DNA of 64,000 nt from Podarcis tiliguerta (Eukaryota): the NCBI GenBank assembly GCA_965153285.1, contig OZ229115.1; one strand, 5' to 3'. The position numbers and the translations under genes were made by a program. How positions within the stretch are numbered: the stretch's first letter is position 1; every line of letters begins with the position of its first letter. This document shows, in pieces, positions 62,817 to 64,000 of this stretch. The notes under the pieces were generated by a model. The model was not told where the DNA came from, did no database searches, and saw nothing but the letters and a program-made list of their open reading frames with translations.

Positions 62817-63600
62817 CTAGTTGCTAGTCCTGATGCATTCATTTGACTTGTTAGAGTGTTGTTACATTTTGAAATAATTTAGTATTTGATTGCTATAATG
62901 ACACATTAAGTAACATTTTTGCTGTTCTGTTGTGAGCAGCTTTGAGCACATTCATATGGAAAAGCAACAGACAAATTTAAACAAAAAAATAATAAATACT
63001 CTTCTATGAGGTGGGCCATTATTTTTTCTATTTTGCATACTGGGAAATTTGAAGCCGAGGCACAACTTGCTCATGGTTTCCTCACGAGTCTGACCGAAAA
63101 AGCTGTCTGACCGAAAAACTTAGATATCCCAAGTTCAGTATCACCATTCGTCCATATTGGGCCATAGTAACTCTTAGGACCATCATAAAATACTCCTAAT
63201 TTAGAAGTTAAATCTAGTTTTATAGGCACTTCTAAAGATTGTATTTATTTTAACTAGCAATTGTTATGAAAGTCCCCAAGTGTTGATGTACTTTGCTTCC
63301 TAGAATTCCACGCTGTAGTACAGAAGCATACTCCCTATTGTGTACTTATTGGTCCAAAGAATTCATTTATTGCCACTTTCCCACTCTGAAGACTGCAAGA
63401 AAAGTCACTCATGTCAAAATTCATTTAGCACACTGCATATTCCTTTGCTAATCTCTTTTAATGACAGCTTTTCATACGAAGTCAAATTTGTAGACCTAAT
63501 CCACTTTATTTTAAGATTAGCAGTACTACAATCTAAATATTTCTGTTTTAGAACATGAAGAAACTCTCCAAACAGGTGAGAGAGGAGAAACAGGGATGTA

Positions 63601-63654
<54 letters not shown>

Positions 63655-63697
63655 TTATTTATTTATACCCCGCCCTCCCCAGCCACGGCCGGGCTCA
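63601..63697 (-). mobile_element. (AAT)n array plus short retroelement 3' end (L2/SINE tail)
   Basis: About 17 AAT units then TTTATTTATTTATACCCCGCCCTCCCCAGCC. A similar stub lies at ~62073-62090. Confidence 0.7.
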
Positions 63698-63932
63698 TGT
63701 ATGTATATGACAGAAATACATACATACATGTGTGTATTTTTTTAAAAGTTACATTGCCGATTTGTGGGCAAGGGGAGGACTGTTTCGTACAAGTTTTAGT
63801 GAAGTACACCACGTATTCAAATAAAATGTGTCATGTATGAATCACTTCTAGCAAAATGAAAACCATAAACTGCAATTTCAATGAAGTCTAACTGAGACAA
63901 TATATGGAATCTTTCTCCTAACAGAATCTCAC

Positions 63933-63959
63933 CGGACCTTTGTCCAATTCCTGAGCATT
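63933..63959 (-). CDS. PPP1R12B: Candidate PPP1R12B 27-nt in-frame microexon (NAQELDKGP)
   Basis: TGTTTTCACTTAG | 27 nt without stop | GTGAGA. Phase 0 matches the phase-0 start of the HERLSR exon. No homologous peptide recognised. Confidence 0.45.
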
Positions 63960-64000
63960 CTAAGTGAAAACACTGTGGGGATAAAATGACAATTTTATGT

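Noticed and set aside
63088-63120. Small direct repeat GTCTGACCGAAAAA x2 (and a similar one at ~4197-4232)
   Set aside because: Short slippage duplications with no sign of function.

Overview
Vertebrate (squamate, most likely lacertid lizard) genomic DNA, not prokaryotic. The taxon is inferred from Sauria-SINE copies and a CR1 LINE with an (ATTCT)n tail. Two convergent genes are present. SYT2 (synaptotagmin-2, + strand) has all 8 coding exons between 14882 and 30781 (428 aa, or 431 aa with the upstream tandem acceptor) and a ~5.3 kb 3' UTR. PPP1R12B/MYPT2 (- strand) contributes its 3' end: a 17-nt microexon, coiled-coil exons and two alternative leucine-zipper C-termini. The same gene pair is adjacent in human. 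The rest is intronic or intergenic and contains a solo LTR with TSD, a 5'-truncated CR1, L2 remnants, SINEs, MITEs, Penelope-like fold-backs and microsatellites. Best leads: (1) a candidate intronic terminal exon that would give a C2-less SYT2 ending in a PDZ-type motif; (2) a diverged ~300-bp element duplicated either side of the last SYT2 coding segment, with codon-like substitution bias on the minus strand; (3) a candidate 27-nt in-frame PPP1R12B microexon; (4) a 9-nt tandem acceptor plus loss of the AETGLT motif in the SYT2 linker; (5) a perfect 23-bp hairpin; (6) an AP-1/MEF2/SOX/HOX motif cluster upstream of the SYT2 coding start. All calls were made by eye; no searches were run, and comparisons to mammalian proteins are from memory.
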